From Verrucomicrobiia bacterium (GTDB lineage Bacteria > Verrucomicrobiota > Verrucomicrobiia > Limisphaerales > JAEYXS01), in NCBI GenBank assembly GCA_036405135.1, contig DASWYF010000033.1, forward strand, positions 1-64,000: a stretch of 64,000 bases of DNA. The letters are read 5' to 3'. The position numbers and the translations under genes are program-made. Below the pieces are notes generated by a model. The model ran no database searches. It had not been told where the DNA came from and saw only the letters and a program-made list of their open reading frames with translations. This document shows, piece after piece, positions 10,510 to 18,872 of this stretch (its first letter is position 1; each line of letters begins with the position of its first letter).

Positions 10510-10908
10510 GTGCCATTCACCTTCAACATCGCCACTGGATCCAATGTTCCGATCTACAAACAGATCGCGGATCAGGTGCGGCTGGCGGTGGCGAATGGCA
10601 AGCTGGCGGTGGAGACGCAGCTCCCCAGTGTGCGCGCGCTTGCCGAGGAGTTGGTGGTGAATCCGAATACGGTCGCCCGCGCTTACACCGACTTGGCGCG
10701 CGAAGGCTTCATCGAATCACGTGCGGGGAAGGGCGTCTTCATCATCCCGAAGCGCAAGGTGGTGAGCCGTGAGGAGGGCTGGCGACGTTTGGAGCCTTTG
10801 ATCGATGGCCTTATCGGTGAGGCCGCCGCCTTGGATTTCTCCCGTGAAGAGCTGGAACAGGCGTTCCGCAAAAAACTTTCCCAGTGGAAGAACCCGAACA
10901 AGCTATGA
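10510..10908 (+). CDS. GntR family transcriptional regulator, YtrA subfamily (short C-terminal domain)
   Basis: 132 aa with a GTG start. A winged-HTH GntR motif (..VRALAEELVVNPNTVARAYTDLAREGFIESRAGKGVFI..) and a short effector domain, typical of YtrA-type regulators of ABC exporters. There is a 4-nt ATGA overlap with the downstream ATPase. Confidence 0.8.
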   Translation: MPFTFNIATGSNVPIYKQIADQVRLAVANGKLAVETQLPSVRALAEELVVNPNTVARAYTDLAREGFIESRAGKGVFIIPKRKVVSREEGWRRLEPLIDGLIGEAAALDFSREELEQAFRKKLSQWKNPNKL

Positions 10909-11834
10909 GCGATTCACCCGTCATCCAATTGCGTGGCCTGACGAAATATTTCGGCAAGAGTCCCGCGGTCTATGAGCTGAATCTCGAAGTGCCACGCGGT
11001 TGCGTCTTCGCTTTCCTCGGTCGCAACGGCTCGGGCAAGACCACGACCATCCGCATGATGCTCGGCCTCGTCCCGCCGACGCGTGGTAGCGGCACCTTGC
11101 TGGGTTGCGACATCCGCTCGCTCACACCGGAGATCCGTGGCCGCGTGGGCTATCTCACCGAGGAACATCAGCTCTATGCGTGGATGACGGTGAAGCAGTG
11201 CGGTGAATTTCAGTCCTCCTTCTATCCGCGCTGGAACGACAAGGTGTTTCGCGGTGTAGTCGGCCATTTCAAATTGAAGCCGGAAGCGAAAGTGAAAGAC
11301 CTCTCGCGTGGCGAACGCGCCGGTCTTTGCCTCGCCCTCACGCTCGCGCCCGATCCCGAACTGCTCATTCTCGATGACCCCGCACTGGGCCTTGATCCGG
11401 TAGCTCGCCGTTCCTTGGTGGAATCGATGATCTATCTTACGCGCCGTTCGGACCGCACCATCTTCTTTTCCTCCCACGACCTCGCGGATGTGGAGCGCGT
11501 GGCCGATCACATCGCCGTGATGGATCGCAGCATCTTGCGCGCTTGCTGCCCCGTAGATGTCTTCCGCGAGAAGGTTCGCCAAGTGCGCCTGAGCTTCAAT
11601 GGCGAGCCACCACGCCTGCCGGAAATCCCTGGCCTCTTGCAAGCCTACCGCACCGCCCATGAACTGCGCGTCGTATGTGTGGATAGAAATGGTGCGACAC
11701 GGCAGGCCTTGAACGCACTCGCCCCGGCAAAAGTGGAAACGATGCCATTGAGTCTGGAAGAAGCGTTCTTGAGCTATCTCGGTGATCGTGGGGAGAAATC
11801 ATTCATCTTGGCAGACATGGAGGAAAAAGTATGA
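10905..11834 (+). CDS. ABC transporter ATP-binding protein
   Basis: Walker A GRNGSGKTT, signature LSRGERAGL, Walker B LLILDDP. The ATGA overlaps couple it translationally to the GntR gene and to the downstream permease. Confidence 0.85.
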   Translation: MSDSPVIQLRGLTKYFGKSPAVYELNLEVPRGCVFAFLGRNGSGKTTTIRMMLGLVPPTRGSGTLLGCDIRSLTPEIRGRVGYLTEEHQLYAWMTVKQCGEFQSSFYPRWNDKVFRGVVGHFKLKPEAKVKDLSRGERAGLCLALTLAPDPELLILDDPALGLDPVARRSLVESMIYLTRRSDRTIFFSSHDLADVERVADHIAVMDRSILRACCPVDVFREKVRQVRLSFNGEPPRLPEIPGLLQAYRTAHELRVVCVDRNGATRQALNALAPAKVETMPLSLEEAFLSYLGDRGEKSFILADMEEKV

Positions 11835-13813
11835 AGGCACTCATCTGGAAAGAATTTCGTGAACAGCGCGTGCTGACGGTATTCGCGGCCTTGGTGATGG
11901 TGGTGATGCTGATCAGGGCCGGTTGGATCTCGGTCAGCAGCGCTTTATCTGAAAGTATGGGAAAGGGCGGGGTGATACAGATGCTGCAGCCATTGATGGC
12001 CGAGGACTTTCATTTGTCCGTGGCCGTGATCTGCGGCTTGTTTGCAACGATCTTGGGATGGATGCAAATGTTTAACGAGCGGCATCGTGATCTTCATGCC
12101 TACCTCTTACATCGCCCCCTTTCTCCCCAGACTATCTTTCGTGCGAAAGTCACCACCGGGATGGCGCTCTATTTTCTGGCGATGGGCTTGCCTTTGCTCG
12201 TCTTCATCTTGTGGGTCTCTTTTTCCGGCCGAGTCGCTGCACCTTTTGAGTGGAGCATGGTTCTTCCGTCACTGGCCTATTTCTTGAGCGGTACAGTTTG
12301 CTATTTTATAGCGATGCTGGTGTGTGTCCGTCGTGCGAAATGGCAAGGTAGCCGTATTTGGCCGATGGGAGTGGGAATTCTATTATATGCCTCATGTGCT
12401 GTTTTACCTCTTTTCTGGATGGTGGGGCTCGTGATCGCCATCTCCATCGGCCTGACGGCCTTGGCAGCAGCCGGTGCTTTTGCCGCTAACGGCGAATACG
12501 AAAGCCAAAGTCCGTTGGAAAAAGCCGCATTGACGGGAAGCCTTACTGTGGGGGCCACCATCATCTGTCTCTTCTTTGGGGTCGTGATCCATAACACCTT
12601 TGAAAACCGTAATGATCGTTCCTCCTTCCGTTATCAGATCGGCCGGGACGGCACCGTGTATAAAATATCGATGCGCGGAAATGTCCAGGAAGTGACAGAC
12701 CTTGAGGGGAAACCTTTGATCGATGCGAACGGACAGAAGATAACCTTTCTACGTCACCCATATGGACTGGCCACATATGGCAGCCTGTCGCTGTACCGTG
12801 ATGACGATTTCAAAAATAGGAAACCAGCCTTCCAAAGCAGCTTCACATACTATCGCTATTGGAAATCAGGAGAAGGCATCATCTGGTATGATTGGCTGCG
12901 CTATGGTCGCTTGGTTGGGTTCGATGGCAAAACTGGGAAGATAGTCGGAAGCATCGGCCCGGAGGGGTTTGCCGAAGGGCTTGCCGGGAAAAGCCGGTTT
13001 GCCGTACCGGACGATAACTATTGGTATCCCCGCAGCACCTTGGTGGATGAACAGACAGCTTATGCCATAGACGAGCGTGAAATGACGGCGAAGCCATTGC
13101 TGAGAGTCAGTGATACCAATCAAATCTTGGAAGCCAGAGTGATCCAGACAGGAGAAGGTCCGCGCTACACAGCAGTGGCCACACGCAGTTCGTTGCACTT
13201 CTTCACTCCGGATGGCAAACAATTGTGGCAAATACCACTGACGAAAGACCCCAGAGAATACAGCCAGATAGGTGTGCATTTACTGGATGTCGCCGGCAAA
13301 TTTGCGGTGACCGTGAAGCCGTCTTACAAACTGAATGAGGAACGCGGCGGGAAAATGCCCACCTATTACTTCTTGGTGGCCAGCGGCGGTACCATTGAAA
13401 AACAGATGGAAGTGCCCGCTGATTTCTATGGCAAGGAAAGCGTCAGCCTTCTCGAAAAAATCACCATGGGCAGCATGCCTTTGTGTATGCATCTGCTTGT
13501 GGAATCAGACCATCCGTTTGTTGCCGCAGCCCTTGTGTATTCGACTGTGGCGATGATCATCGGAATCATCTTGGGACGACGTCATCGGATGTCTCTCAAA
13601 GCCCAGTCTGCCTGGGCGGTATTCCATTTCGTGACCGGCGTGGGCGGCTTGCTGGCGTTTATCTTCACGCGCAACTGGCCGTTACTGGTTAAATGTCCAA
13701 GCTGCCAGAAATTGCGTCAGGTAGAGCATACGCATTGCGAGCATTGCCAGGCACCTTTCCCCGCACCGGAAAGAAACGGTGTGGAAATCTTCGAGACCGC
13801 AACGGCTGAGTAA
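11831..13813 (+). CDS. ABC-2 type permease fused to a large aromatic-rich domain, two extra TM helices and a C-terminal CxxC..CxxC zinc ribbon
   Basis: 660 aa. N-terminus MKALIWKEFREQR with about 6 TM helices, typical of ABC-2 permeases. Then about 300 aa rich in W/Y/G, then 2 hydrophobic helices. C-terminus CPSCQKLRQVEHTHCEHCQAPFP. Confidence 0.7.
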   Translation: MKALIWKEFREQRVLTVFAALVMVVMLIRAGWISVSSALSESMGKGGVIQMLQPLMAEDFHLSVAVICGLFATILGWMQMFNERHRDLHAYLLHRPLSPQTIFRAKVTTGMALYFLAMGLPLLVFILWVSFSGRVAAPFEWSMVLPSLAYFLSGTVCYFIAMLVCVRRAKWQGSRIWPMGVGILLYASCAVLPLFWMVGLVIAISIGLTALAAAGAFAANGEYESQSPLEKAALTGSLTVGATIICLFFGVVIHNTFENRNDRSSFRYQIGRDGTVYKISMRGNVQEVTDLEGKPLIDANGQKITFLRHPYGLATYGSLSLYRDDDFKNRKPAFQSSFTYYRYWKSGEGIIWYDWLRYGRLVGFDGKTGKIVGSIGPEGFAEGLAGKSRFAVPDDNYWYPRSTLVDEQTAYAIDEREMTAKPLLRVSDTNQILEARVIQTGEGPRYTAVATRSSLHFFTPDGKQLWQIPLTKDPREYSQIGVHLLDVAGKFAVTVKPSYKLNEERGGKMPTYYFLVASGGTIEKQMEVPADFYGKESVSLLEKITMGSMPLCMHLLVESDHPFVAAALVYSTVAMIIGIILGRRHRMSLKAQSAWAVFHFVTGVGGLLAFIFTRNWPLLVKCPSCQKLRQVEHTHCEHCQAPFPAPERNGVEIFETATAE

Positions 13814-13864
13814 GGCTCGTCTTATCCACTATGCAGGACTGTTCCCTTCTGCTTAGCTGGCGGC

Positions 13865-14851
13865 ATGCAACCCCGAATTCTTTCCGCAGTCGCCGCCTTG
13901 CTCTTGCTGGGCAGCCAGTCTTACGCTGCCGATGCCAAAGCCAAGGCTGATGATAAGGCTAAACCCGTAGTTGATGATAAAACCAAAGCCCCTGGCCAAC
14001 GTCTGCCGACCGAGGCGAATGTGCGCTACGGCACCTTTGAGCGGAATGTCCTGGATTTCTACAAGGCGGCATCAGACAAGCCTACGCCGCTCGTATTTTA
14101 TATCCATGGCGGGGGCTGGCTCAATGGGGACAAGGCGCGTGTCGGTGATCTGGAGAAGTATCTCGCAGCGGGCATCTCGGTGGTCTCGATCAATTATCGC
14201 TACACCTCGCAATCGCAGGATGTCGTGCCGCCGGTGAAGGGGCCGCTGCATGATGCGGCGAGAGCGTTGCAATTCGTGCGCAGCAAGGCGAAGGAGTGGA
14301 ACATCGATAAGACACGTATCGGCGCGACAGGCGGTTCCGCAGGCGCATGCTCCAGCTTGTGGCTGGCGTTTCATAATGATCTGGCGGATGCGAAGAGCAG
14401 CGATCCGATCGCGCGCGAATCTACGCGATTACTTTGTGCAGCAGTGAATGTGGCGCAGACGACGCTGGACCCTCAGCAAATGAAGGAGTGGACGCCGAAC
14501 AGCCGTTATGGCGGGCATGCGTTCGGCTTCAAGGGTGACAAGGAGAAGAAGCTCTCGCAGTTCGATGAGTTCCTGGCCAAGCGGGATACTATCCTGCCAT
14601 GGATCGCAGAGTATTCGCCTTATGCGCTCGCTACCTCGGATGATCCGCCGATCTATCTCTACTACGGCGAGCCGCCAGCCATCGGGCAGGAGCAGAAAGA
14701 CCCTACGCACACGGCGAACTTTGGTGTGAAGCTGCAGGAGCGTCTGAAGGAATTGAATGTGCCTTGCGAACTGGTCTATCCGAAAGCACCGGATGTGAAA
14801 CATCCGGCGATCCGCGATTTTCTGATCGAGAAGCTGACGGCGAAGAAGTGA
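13865..14851 (+). CDS. Secreted alpha/beta hydrolase (esterase/lipase, HGGG-type)
   Basis: Signal peptide MQPRILSAVAALLLLGSQSYA. Oxyanion motif HGGGW and nucleophile elbow GGSAGA (GxSxG). Confidence 0.75.
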   Translation: MQPRILSAVAALLLLGSQSYAADAKAKADDKAKPVVDDKTKAPGQRLPTEANVRYGTFERNVLDFYKAASDKPTPLVFYIHGGGWLNGDKARVGDLEKYLAAGISVVSINYRYTSQSQDVVPPVKGPLHDAARALQFVRSKAKEWNIDKTRIGATGGSAGACSSLWLAFHNDLADAKSSDPIARESTRLLCAAVNVAQTTLDPQQMKEWTPNSRYGGHAFGFKGDKEKKLSQFDEFLAKRDTILPWIAEYSPYALATSDDPPIYLYYGEPPAIGQEQKDPTHTANFGVKLQERLKELNVPCELVYPKAPDVKHPAIRDFLIEKLTAKK

Positions 14852-14872
14852 GGGAGTTTCTCTGAATGCGAA

Positions 14873-14905
14873 AAGCCCACCGTTGAGGAACGGTGGGCTT
14901 TTTGT
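14873..14905. terminator. Rho-independent terminator between convergent genes
   Basis: aagcccaccgttgaggaacggtgggcttttt: a GC stem followed by a T-run. Confidence 0.7.
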
Positions 14906-14951
14906 CGTTCTATCTTTGATAGATAGAAAATAAGTTCACTGAAGACAAGGT

Positions 14952-14966
14952 GCCTGTCCCACTACG
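14952..14966 (-). other. Stop-adjacent conserved motif CGTAGTGGG + hairpin (copy 2)
   Basis: gcctgtcccactacg immediately 3' of the TAA of the minus-strand gene 14967-15713. It matches copies at 4408 and 24500. Confidence 0.5.
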
Positions 14967-15713
14967 TTACTTCGTCGCCACGCCTTCGATGCGCAGGATC
15001 TGGCCTTCTTGCAGACGGATCTCTCCACCGCGGAATTTCACCACACGGCCATCACCAAAGACCCGCGTGCCGTCATTCATGGTGATGCTGCGGTTCGGTG
15101 CCACGTTGATGTTCTCGCCGTTCAGTTGCACCCTCACCTGCCCCGCGACCATGGTAGCGGAGTCCACAGCTTCGATCTTGGCTCCGCTGAGCTGCAGGAT
15201 CATGCCTTCCACCAGGAAGCGGCGTTTGCCCTCTTTCTGGATCTGGCCATCCGGGGTGACGGTGGAGCCATCTCCCAAAGTCAATGGTGCGGTCAGGGGC
15301 CCGGCCACGCCGTCTTTGACCAGAGTGACGACACCGCCTTTTTTAGTCACATGATCTTCCACCGGGACGATGGAGCCATCCGCATCGGTGAGACGACCAT
15401 CCTTGCCGAGGACCTGGCCTGGCTTGAGGGTGCGGGGCGTGCCTTGCTCACCGATCTTGAAGGTGCCGTTGGTGTTGACGATGATGGTGCCCAACTGCAC
15501 CACGTTCGTGATCAGGATGGGCTCCGGCAGGTTTGCAGCCAGCCCGTAAGTCTGGTTGTCCTTGGCCGTCACGCTTTCGTAAGCGACGGTAGCTGCAGGA
15601 GCGGCTGCCGGTTCAGCGGCGGGCTGTTCTTGCGCCTGGGAAACAGCGGAGGCACAGGTGAAAGCCAAGGCGCTCAAGGTGGTGGACAGCAGCCTGGAAA
15701 GATTGTTTTTCAT
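14967..15713 (-). CDS. Hypothetical secreted protein (signal peptide, Ala/Pro-rich linker, beta-rich C-terminal region)
   Basis: 248 aa. N-terminal signal MKNNLSRLLSTTLSALAFTCASA, then linker QEQPAAEPAAAPAA. No recognisable catalytic motif. Confidence 0.5.
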   Translation of the reverse strand: MKNNLSRLLSTTLSALAFTCASAVSQAQEQPAAEPAAAPAATVAYESVTAKDNQTYGLAANLPEPILITNVVQLGTIIVNTNGTFKIGEQGTPRTLKPGQVLGKDGRLTDADGSIVPVEDHVTKKGGVVTLVKDGVAGPLTAPLTLGDGSTVTPDGQIQKEGKRRFLVEGMILQLSGAKIEAVDSATMVAGQVRVQLNGENINVAPNRSITMNDGTRVFGDGRVVKFRGGEIRLQEGQILRIEGVATK

Positions 15714-15862
15714 AAACTCAGCCCCAAATCCGGTTGATTCAATGAATCCATAGCAAGTTACCCGCCAATCGCACTTGTGGCAAGGCCGGTTGCACCCGCA
15801 GGCCCAAAGCTATGACTCTCGGGGAAACTCTACAAACACTCACAGCTTTTGCTCAGGCACAT

Positions 15863-16182
15863 GGCTGCGACTCAGAGAGTCGCTCCCCATCTGGTAGAGA
15901 CGCGTTGCCACGCGTCCCTGACTGATCCTTGGGGTATCCGCATGACCAGAGCAGGGACATGGAATCTTAAAAGCGTCTCAGATGTTGCCCCAGCCCCTTT
16001 ATTTGCTGGTGGATATGCTCAGGTCTGGCAAGGGAACGCGGAGCACCGCGTCCCTACGGATTTGGCTTTGTTCGCGTAGCGAACCCAAGATTCCTAGGCA
16101 TGGGTTTCAACCCATGCACCTGCAAAAGCAGAAACACCGTCGCGTAGCGACGGAAGAGGAGCGCGACTCTCCGAGTCGCAGC
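15863..16182. mobile_element. MITE-like repeat family 1, full copy A with terminal inverted repeats
   Basis: 5' end gctgcgactcagagagtcgc and 3' end gcgcgactctccgagtcgcagc are reverse complements. Internal stem-loops include gcatgggtttcaacccatgc and ccgtcgcgtagcgacgg. Confidence 0.6.
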
Positions 16183-16287
16183 AACGTACCTGAGCTAAGA
16201 CAGGCTAACTTCGCACTGTCCCCAGCAAGAGAAAAACTTCTGCCGAACGCGCTCAAACTTCTGCAAACTGACTGACATATGAACATA

Positions 16288-16446
16288 GCTGCGACTCGGA
16301 GAGTCGCGCTCCACCGGTAGGGACGCGTTGCTGCGAGTCCCTACCGGATTCGGCTTTGTTCGCGTAGCGAACCCAAGACTCCTAGGCATGGGTTTCAACC
16401 CATGCACTCGCGATTGAAACACTCCGTCGCATAGCGACGGAAGAAC
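16288..16446. mobile_element. MITE-like repeat family 1, copy B (3' TIR missing)
   Basis: Starts with the same 5' TIR gctgcgactcggagagtcgcgc. The core ggctttgttcgcgtagcgaacccaagactcctaggcatgggtttcaacccatgcac..ccgtcgcatagcgacgg is nearly identical to copy A. It ends about 37 bp from the stop of the low-GC membrane protein gene. Confidence 0.6.
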
Positions 16447-16482
16447 CGGAGCACTAAATCTCCTTCCCGACGGACGAGTTTT

Positions 16483-17190
16483 TCAACTCCCCGTCTTAGA
16501 ATCATTTGGAATACCGTCTTGCTTGTCCAGCAGGCCAGTCATTGCATAGATGCGATTTAGGAAATGATTCTGACCGGACCAGGCCATCAAGCCTGTGACA
16601 GATACAACCACCAGCCCAAAAATCCAGTCGCGCAGTACGTTTTCAGAACCCCAAAGCGATAGAAGAGCGGCCAATAAGGCAACCAAGCCCATGATAAAGC
16701 AGCCTTTGATGTTCTTTTGCTCTTCTTTCACACAAAGTTCATAAATTTCTCCGGTGCAATCGCTAGAAGTCATTCGCTGAATCAATCGGATCGTATTCTT
16801 AAGAGCAAAAATCGAAACCAAAAGGAATAGGGCAAAACTTGCCCACCACACAGATGGTTGATTCAAATGATAAATTGGGATTGTCTGAGTCAGTCCAAGA
16901 ACTAGCGGTAAAACGGTCTCCCTGAAATCGGGCGGAGACCATGTCACAGACCAAAACCAGTTGTACAGAAAAAAGACCATTATAATGCTGATAAATGAGA
17001 TAAGAGCAAAAATCCAATACTTCACTTGCAGCATCCCTCCATGTTCACCTTCGAAAACTTTCTGCAGCAGGACTGCCAACGCAAGCCCTTGAATAACACT
17101 GATCAAAGTCATGTAGTTGGGTGTAGAATGCTCAAATAGACGAGATCGGAGCTCCTCCCTAGTAAAACCTTGGTAATATGGTTTCTTCAT
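16483..17190 (-). CDS. Hypothetical multi-pass membrane protein (low-GC gene)
   Basis: 235 aa with about 6 hydrophobic helices. G+C is visibly lower than surrounding genes. It is flanked by family-1 repeat copies B and C. Confidence 0.55.
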   Translation of the reverse strand: MKKPYYQGFTREELRSRLFEHSTPNYMTLISVIQGLALAVLLQKVFEGEHGGMLQVKYWIFALISFISIIMVFFLYNWFWSVTWSPPDFRETVLPLVLGLTQTIPIYHLNQPSVWWASFALFLLVSIFALKNTIRLIQRMTSSDCTGEIYELCVKEEQKNIKGCFIMGLVALLAALLSLWGSENVLRDWIFGLVVVSVTGLMAWSGQNHFLNRIYAMTGLLDKQDGIPNDSKTGS

Positions 17191-17329
17191 GGATTCACTG
17201 TAAAAAACATTTTACTTCATGGCGATTACTTAAACCTTTCCATTTTCTAGCCCGAGCTACACTTCTCATTCGCGATTCGAAGAACCGAAACAATCAACGA
17301 ACAATTCTTGTGCGACGTAATGTCTCGGT

Positions 17330-17422
17330 CCAAATCCGTTTGCTTAGCAAACCCAAGATTCCTAGGCATGGGTTTCAACCCATGCACTCGCTTGAAACTC
17401 ATCGTCGCATAGCGACGGAAGG
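17330..17422. mobile_element. MITE-like repeat family 1, partial copy C (core hairpins only)
   Basis: ..agcaaacccaagattcctaggcatgggtttcaacccatgcactcgcttgaaactcatcgtcgcatagcgacgg. Lies between the 476-aa gene and the membrane protein gene. Confidence 0.55.
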
Positions 17423-17429
17423 AGTGGTC

Positions 17430-18860
17430 TTAGAAACGGTAACCCAACTTGAGCTTGCTTGCTGATGGGGCGTTAAATGCCGAATACGCGTCAACAATCA
17501 CCAAGTCAGGGACCCTTTGTTTTGCGCGCTTCAGTTTCGCATGCGCTTTCTTAATTTCATCCACTTTTGTTCGAGTAGGTCCTACCACAATCAAAAGATA
17601 GCAACTGTGCTGCGCCTGTTCTGCCTTTGCATACTCTGGTAACTGAACGAGCAAGCCACTAAGCGCACCGCTGTTTGAGGAGAGTTTGAGTTCTACCACT
17701 ACTTTGGTGTCATATCCCTTGTCCACTTTAAAGTCGACCGGTCCACGTCCAGCATTAGGTTCAGCGCTTACAGCAAGGTTATTGGCTTCGCAGTAAGAGT
17801 CCGCTATTGCGTAGAAAAGAAGTTGGGAAAACTTTTCAGGCCTCTGCCTCCCCGATTCATCAAACAAATGCTTGGATAATCCGTTATACTCTACAAGCTG
17901 CTTGAACTTCTTGATCATTTTTCTAACTGCTTCAATGAGTTCTTGCTCAGAAGTGGGTTGAGAAAGGAGAAGTTCGTTACTCTCAGAAAACTCCTTTCCT
18001 ATCCCTTCCCAAACCACCTCGCCAAGCGGATCATTCTCAAAGTCATAGGCTTTTGGTTTGCGAGCGCGATACTCTTGAATTATGCCCTTAAACAGTTCAG
18101 GGTTGGACAACAACAGCTTCCTCATCTCTGTCTTGCTGTAACGCTTAGAATATCTCGACCAAGATGACCCCAAAATTCGATTCAGTTCATCCCGCACTTT
18201 ATCGTTGTACTGCGTGATCGAATCGATATCTGAAAAACATTTTGCTTCTGGCAATGAAGCCAGAAGTGATTGCGGCAAGAGAAGGATAGGTTTTCCTGTG
18301 GATACTGAATAGGCCGCTGTAGCCGTTTGGTTACCTGCTTTAATCTGCTTGGTTTGAATGCCCAGTTTAGAACAGACACGTTCGTTAAATGCGCTAACGT
18401 CCTGCAGAATAACGTAAAGCACCATGTCGCTTATCAAATCGGGCCCGAATCCATCTTCAAAGACAGCCGCAAGTTCAAAAATTGCAGGATCTTTGATCCC
18501 GGCGTTTACGATTTCTTTTGCCGTTCCGTACATTTGACGCGCAAGGACTCGTGAAACGCCACGCCCGTGGCTTGACGCCTCCGAAAAACCTAACGCTGCT
18601 TCATCAATTTCAGGGAAAATCAATCTATCGATTGACTGACGTTCAAGCGCACCGCCTGGCGATGAATGTGAAAGCAGAACTAGAACCTCCTCAAAATATT
18701 TTTCGAATCGAGATAAACTTTTCTTAAACTCATGTACGCGTGTTGATCTTAAAAGTGCTGGGTCAATGTGCAGGCGCGAGTCGATGCCTAAGTATGCGTC
18801 AAATACTCCCTGTTTCCAGAGTTTGCCAGACGTCACTCCTAGAGCTTCGCTAATCTTCAC
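17430..18860 (-). CDS. Hypothetical protein with C-terminal PD-(D/E)xK-like nuclease motif (McrC-like candidate)
   Basis: 476 aa with a GTG start. The C-terminal segment ..GRGPVDFKVDKGYDTKVVVELK.. fits a PD..(D/E)xK signature (Asp, a hydrophobic strand, then E-L-K). It is in the same frame as the giant ATPase, 12 nt after its stop: TAA-AGGAGG-tcgcgt-GTG, which suggests translational coupling. G+C is low. Confidence 0.6.
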   Translation of the reverse strand: MKISEALGVTSGKLWKQGVFDAYLGIDSRLHIDPALLRSTRVHEFKKSLSRFEKYFEEVLVLLSHSSPGGALERQSIDRLIFPEIDEAALGFSEASSHGRGVSRVLARQMYGTAKEIVNAGIKDPAIFELAAVFEDGFGPDLISDMVLYVILQDVSAFNERVCSKLGIQTKQIKAGNQTATAAYSVSTGKPILLLPQSLLASLPEAKCFSDIDSITQYNDKVRDELNRILGSSWSRYSKRYSKTEMRKLLLSNPELFKGIIQEYRARKPKAYDFENDPLGEVVWEGIGKEFSESNELLLSQPTSEQELIEAVRKMIKKFKQLVEYNGLSKHLFDESGRQRPEKFSQLLFYAIADSYCEANNLAVSAEPNAGRGPVDFKVDKGYDTKVVVELKLSSNSGALSGLLVQLPEYAKAEQAQHSCYLLIVVGPTRTKVDEIKKAHAKLKRAKQRVPDLVIVDAYSAFNAPSASKLKLGYRF

Positions 18861-18872
18861 ACGCGACCTCCT

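Noticed and set aside
15849-16440. tRNA-like hairpins in repeat family 1 (ccgtcgcgtagcgacgg, gcatgggtttcaacccatgc)
   Set aside because: No cloverleaf can be drawn: there is no acceptor or T-arm (GTTCRANYC) arrangement. The sequences recur as parts of a TIR-bounded repeat.
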